Source: Lingula anatina
Lineage: Eukaryota; Animalia; Brachiopoda
DNA length: 64,000 nucleotides
Direction of reading: 5' to 3'
Assembly: GCA_051362555.1 (NCBI GenBank)
Contig: CM120648.1
Span: 10,908,587-10,972,586, forward strand
Numbering within the stretch: position 1 is the first letter of the stretch; the number at the start of each line of letters is the position of its first letter. A program made the position numbers and the translations under genes. The notes under the pieces are model-generated. The model was not told where the DNA came from and ran no database searches. It saw nothing but the letters and a program-made list of their open reading frames with translations. Shown one piece after another: positions 57,001 through 63,000 of the stretch.

Positions 57001-60000
57001 CACCACAACCTGCAGTGCCACCTATTGACAAACAGTTACACTTACCTCCCAGTGCTCTGAAGCTGAACCCCAATGGGCTGACCCTGTATGCTCCAATGTA
57101 CCCACTATTCACTGCATTATTGATGACATTATAGAGATTAAGTTTGTCGTAGTAGCCCTGAGTGCCCAAGTCAAATGTCACCATGAGGGAGCCTCTCCTT
57201 GAAAAGTTAAATAAATAAATAAATAAATAATTAATTTACATTTATTGTGGTTCTCCCTTTCAATTATTTTTTTTAATGCATCTGTATGATATAGCATTGA
57301 TTATATGAAAGTATACCATGTACAATGTAGAAAATTTGTAATCGATTAAACTACACCTGTTTTTCTGGTCAATATAAGATAAATACAGAACTAATGAGAA
57401 AAGTGCATAGCAATGGCAACGACACAGGTGCTGGGTTATATGACCATAAGTCAAGCTGCAAAGTGTTTGTCCATAAAAGAAATGAAAAGAAAACATTGAG
57501 ATAGAATTGAGATGAAATGTATTAAAATATTTTAATATTTACCTTTTCTCTTTTTTCCTTTTATTTTAAGAAAATACCCTTGTATGTTAAAATGACCCAT
57601 TATGCCAACCCGTGTTTCATAATTTATTTTTTTATCTCAGACTGTGTTCCCATTACCTTATTTTGTACTAGCAGGAACGATCTATCTCAGCAGGGATTCT
57701 TGCTAAGATGCAGTGATTGCAATCAGCTAATTGTCTGGCACACTCATTCACAAAGAAACATGAGCAGCATCATCGAACATAAAGTTTTCCCCGACTTTAC
57801 CCAAGTACTTTAATATACAAGGGAGTGTGACATTTAACCAACTAAAGCTGAATGCAATTTAGATAATTTGAAGGACTCACAAAATGTCCCTGGTCTGCCC
57901 CTGAGAGATCTGCTGCCGATAAATATACTTTTCTCCTGTAAACTCTCCAATCCAGTGTCTACCCCACATGTTAACAGTGCCATCTACAATTGAGTCCACC
58001 ACAAACTGTAGTGCCACCTATTGACAAACAGTCACACTAACCTACAAGGGGAATAATGTGTAGATGTTTTGTGGCTGATATATGGCTGTTGTCCAACCCA
58101 GGGAACATGCCACTTACCTAAACTGTAAAATATTTATTTGTTGAGTTCCGTCTATGTCAGCAAAGAGTCTCGTCAGTGCCGCGGCCAACTGTGTGGAAAG
58201 CTCTTGGAATTCTGGGCTATACCTGTCTGACAATGCTGGGTGATAGTCCATGGACGTGATGTTGATTGTGACACGAAAATATTCTGAAATATTTAATTGT
58301 TGGAAGAAAAGTGAGAGATGAGTGAAGATCTTAAATCGCATTCAGAACAGTGGACTAACTAGTCTGCAGGTCAAATATGGTGACCCATTAAAAGGCTTAC
58401 CATCTAGTCTTCTAGTAGACTCTGAACAGGTTCTCCAAGGGGAAGTTTTCAAGTGGGTTGGCCATATTTGACCCTTGGACTAGTTAGTCCACTGCTCTGA
58501 ATGCTGCCTTAGAGGGCAAGGGGGATAAAGTGGCAATGTTTTGAAGCTGATTTTTTTTTGTTTTGTTTTGTTTACATGGACACTTATTTCATGACAAGAT
58601 GGCTTTTTTCTATATTCATTTACTAGTCTTCACAAAGTAGAATCAAAAATGTACTAGTAAGTGACAAAAAAGGCTCTTTTACATTTATAAAAAAGCCATT
58701 AAATAAACATATCTCCATCATTAGAAGTGTATTGACTAACTTTCAAACTAACCAGGAAATCTGCACTAGCAAACTGCTTTCGGAAACATATATCAATCTT
58801 CAAGAAATAATCATTTTCTTTTTTCATAATTGTCATCATAGACCATATTACAGTGTTTCCATCTTTAGTAACATGTTCAATACCCCATCAAGAAAAAGGT
58901 TAAATATACATTCATAATTATTTTACCACCCCTTAAAAATAACAAGTTGATTGTTAGCATGCCAGGGTGGTTCTTCAATGTCTCAGTGAACTTAGAACAC
59001 TATGTGATTTTAATGTATTTTAATGTACACAGATTGTCTTCCATCCACAATCATGCAAAAACTGTTAACAATACTTGTCGTGTTCTCAGTTGTTTAATAG
59101 GATTTTCTAAAAACAAAAGTTAATTTCATGCAAACCTGAACATGTCTACTTGATACTGTTGGCTCTTTCATTTTAACAATTTTTTCTTAAAAAAAAAAAA
59201 AAAAAAGAGCTGACAATAAGAATATTCATTGCAAAGAACAAAAAACTCCATTTTTTTCAAATGCTAATCACAGCTGCTAAATCATCTTTCTCAAATTTCT
59301 ATTTTTACCAAGTATTAGAATCCCAGCTCTTATATAATAAATTTCAGTAAACCAGTGACAATAAAACATTTGCTAGTTTCCGCAGTCAAGTTATGATATA
59401 AAGCTGAAACCTTTAACAAGCTTTTGGCATGAACAAAAGGTACATATAAAACCATTTTTGGACAATCACAGTTAGGTTAATTGGTTACCATGGGGTCACA
59501 TACATAAATTTTACCATTAAGATTTAGTGTTAAAGAACAATCAACAAACCCAAATTAATCTTTCCATCAGTGATTATCTAAGTGAATTTAAAACAGACTA
59601 AAAGTTAATAAAACTTAACTCATTAACTCTACCATTTGAACTAAATTACAATTACTACCAATGAATACCCATGGCGAATTAATTGTCTTGAAGTACTGAA
59701 AACTAAAATGTTACAAGTTGAAGAAATTAGTTGCCTACTTCACATTTATTTAAATTAACATTACGGTAGTTAGAATTTTTTTAAATAACTGTTAATCACT
59801 AAATCTAACTTATACCTTGTCTCCCACCACTAGAGGGCGTTGTAGCTAGAATGTATGAAAGTATAAGGTTCAGTATGAATGTAAAACATTTAATATTCTC
59901 TGCTCTAGGGGTAAATGAATAAAGCATGAGCTATGCTGGTCTGTGCAAAAACAAAAATGTCTCAATCTAAAATAGGATTTTCCTATGTACAAAGCCTTTA

Positions 60001-63000
60001 AAAATAAAGCAAGGTTGGGATTGCACCTAAAATAATGGCACTGAAAGAGACCATTCCCACAGATATTTAGATCGATCTGTCCCCCTGGGGAGTCTCACTA
60101 GATTGCTGTCAGCTTAACCGGCTTAAATGTCTGCCCCGCCTACTAAAAGCTGTACGGGGGTAATTAACTTATATGTGTGCTCAGCGCCTGGAAGCTGACA
60201 GCAATTTAGCGTGAACCCTTAGGGAGTTAGGTCGATCCAGATAGATCGATCTAAATCTGTGGGAACCCAGTCAAAGGGAGAGAGAGAGACCAGTCATTGA
60301 AAGAACAAATAGGTAGTCAGATTACAACAGCTGATGGCAATTGGTGACATACATATATTCCTATACTATGTGATCTGTAGTGGGTGTGCTACTCAAGAAC
60401 CAATGTCTAATGTGTGTTTGGGATATCTATGTCTTCTAGGTGAAGGTCAATTTCAATGTGCAATATATTAGTTCCCTATATTTACAATGAATGTACATAA
60501 TAAAATTCTGGAAAAAATTTTTTTTAAATTTTGTGACAAGATTTCTTATTCAACTCAAGTTTTTAGCATGAAATATTTGTATTCATTTGGCAGAAAATTT
60601 CTTCACTTTTGAAAATGTGTGTTTTACACGCACATTTTTTTTAAATAGGGGTTTCTCAATTTCAATTTTTAAATACACAGTAATTTTACACAATAATTTT
60701 GTCAGCAAATTGCAGGTTATAAAAAACACAGGCTTTTCCAGGTCACTTTAAAAAAGAAAACAAGAATTGCATTCCACATTTTAAATCTCAGTAATAACAG
60801 CAACTGATTACCCCTGATAAAATGACTAAAAAAATACACTGTCATGTTTCAGGTCTGTAACCCTGCAAATGACCTTACATCACTTGTGAATCTAACACCA
60901 CAAACATTTTTTTCCAAGTAAAACAGAAAACAGAAACCAAAGCTCTGAAATGGTGTAAGTGTCAATGTTAGTTTGGGAATTGGTAGTTAAATGTGTCAGG
61001 CCACATGTGAGTTTGTATTCTCTTTCTTCTTTTTTTTCTGTCTACAGCACCTTTTTTTCTTTTCTTTTCTTTTTCTTTTTTTTTTTTTTTTTTTGTCTGT
61101 AAAAAAAGTTTTCCGTAAGAAAGACAATGAAGCTAAAATGTTGACTTGAGTCTTGATGATTTTGTTCTTTGCCATAATATAATAAAACATGGGCATTACA
61201 GCAGATGGCACCATAAACAAGTGTCCTGGGTTCAAAAGCAAATCAAATTTTAGCCCAATACTTCAAAGTTTGATCTGACTGAGAAAAATGTCAAACCTCA
61301 AAGACCTTGGATGGTTTTATCATTAACATGCACAGTTCACTGAGCATCTTTGATGAATTTTAGACTTTAAATAAATGTAATGTTATTACAAAGTTCTTTA
61401 CTGGTTTTTGGCAAAATGTTTCATTGATAGCTCAAAGTTTTCTGAGGGTGGAAGTTATGCAGCCATTTTTTGGCAAAAAGTAAAGCCTATTCTTGAGTTA
61501 CCCTAAGCATACATTTGACTGAGATATTCCTAATTCATCATTACATCTTTATCTAATCAAATGAGACTGATCCACTAACTGATCCACTATGTGAATGTGT
61601 TTATAGCTAATAAAGCATGCTGGGAAATTCTTAGAGCACATTCAGAACAAGTTGATCCGAGGACTAACAGATCTGCTGATCAAATATGGCTGACCCACCT
61701 AAAACCAATGCCGACTAATTTGCTGATGGTTTCCTCACCTCCACACGCTCCCCCTACAGGGATCTAGCAATTAAACCTCAGATCCAAGATTTAATCCATT
61801 TAATGGCATGTTTTGAGGCAGGGAGACCATCAGGAGATTAAGTGGCATCCTTTTAAGAGGGGTCGGCCATATTTAGGCCACAGATCATTTAGCTAACAGA
61901 GCGTCTGTTCCGAATATGACCTTAAATGTCTGTGAAATGGCAGTGACAGGTTGAAAACTAAGGAGTGTTTACACAAAATCAGAAAAAATAAATTCTATTT
62001 TTTTTCTAGGGCTGCTTCAAAAAAAATGTATACATATAAATAAGCAAACAATTCATATATTTCTTCAGAAAAACAATGTAAATAGTCAGCAAGCAATCAA
62101 ATGAAAACAGTGATGAATCTTTAGAACATAGCTAAAACTCAATTTATAATGCTGTACATAGATGTAGGACTTAAAAATTAGATGAGTAAGCACATATGTG
62201 AAATAATTCTATATAGCATTGGCAACAAAAATAAACCAAAGCAACAAAAACTTGGCAATATTGTGCTAAAAAGCTTTCAAAGCAAATGGTATCATTTGAC
62301 AACATTATGTAAGAAAACTGACACTGACATTAAATTAACAAAATTAACAACAAATAAACATTATACAACTTTTATAATTTAAAACATACTTTAAATATTT
62401 TAATTCTTTGAAAAAAAAAGCAAAAGCCGCAATTCAAAAACACAGGAAGAAAATTCGTACCAGCACATTTAACACAATCACAACTAACGCAATATAGGAT
62501 TCTGCTCACACCACCGCACATTCATGCATACAGTCACGTACTGCTTAAAGACTACACATCAACACATATTCAAACTACTACTATGTACATATAAACAGAA
62601 ATTCTTTCTTGATAAAAGCCATTCAGGAGGCTGTCAAAGACACTTTTCAGTAAAAGTGAGAGGGAAATTAAATTACTGCCACCAGCCAAATGTAAAAATA
62701 AACAGGAATACATTACCAAAATGATCGTTTCTATCAAAAAAAATCCCTATTTAAGTTGGGCCAATAGTCCGTAAGTAAAAAAATGTCTTTGAAAACATCA
62801 GATAAATCCACAGCCATCCAAACATTATTTCTGAAGGGATAACTAACAACTTCCACACATGTAATTACCAGTTAATATCCAGTAAATCTGGATAAACATC
62901 CTACAGCGTGTGTAACAAGGTTATGAACTGGACGTATGTTTATTTACACATCTTTCCCTTATTAACAAGCCATGTGTAATATCTTTCTATGGATATATCT

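Larger units (their letters stand above)
56976..58043 (-). repeat. 72-bp direct repeat pair (56976-57047 and 57972-58043)
   Basis: 5 mismatches in 72 bp; the unit is the donor site plus first ~70 nt of the intron after the SEA exon. Confidence 0.9.

Noticed and set aside
10261-57200. Four AAG acceptors (exon starts 10263, 14321, 19948, 57197) as non-canonical splicing
   Set aside because: AAG is an uncommon but normal U2 acceptor; no AT-AC or GC-AG introns were needed
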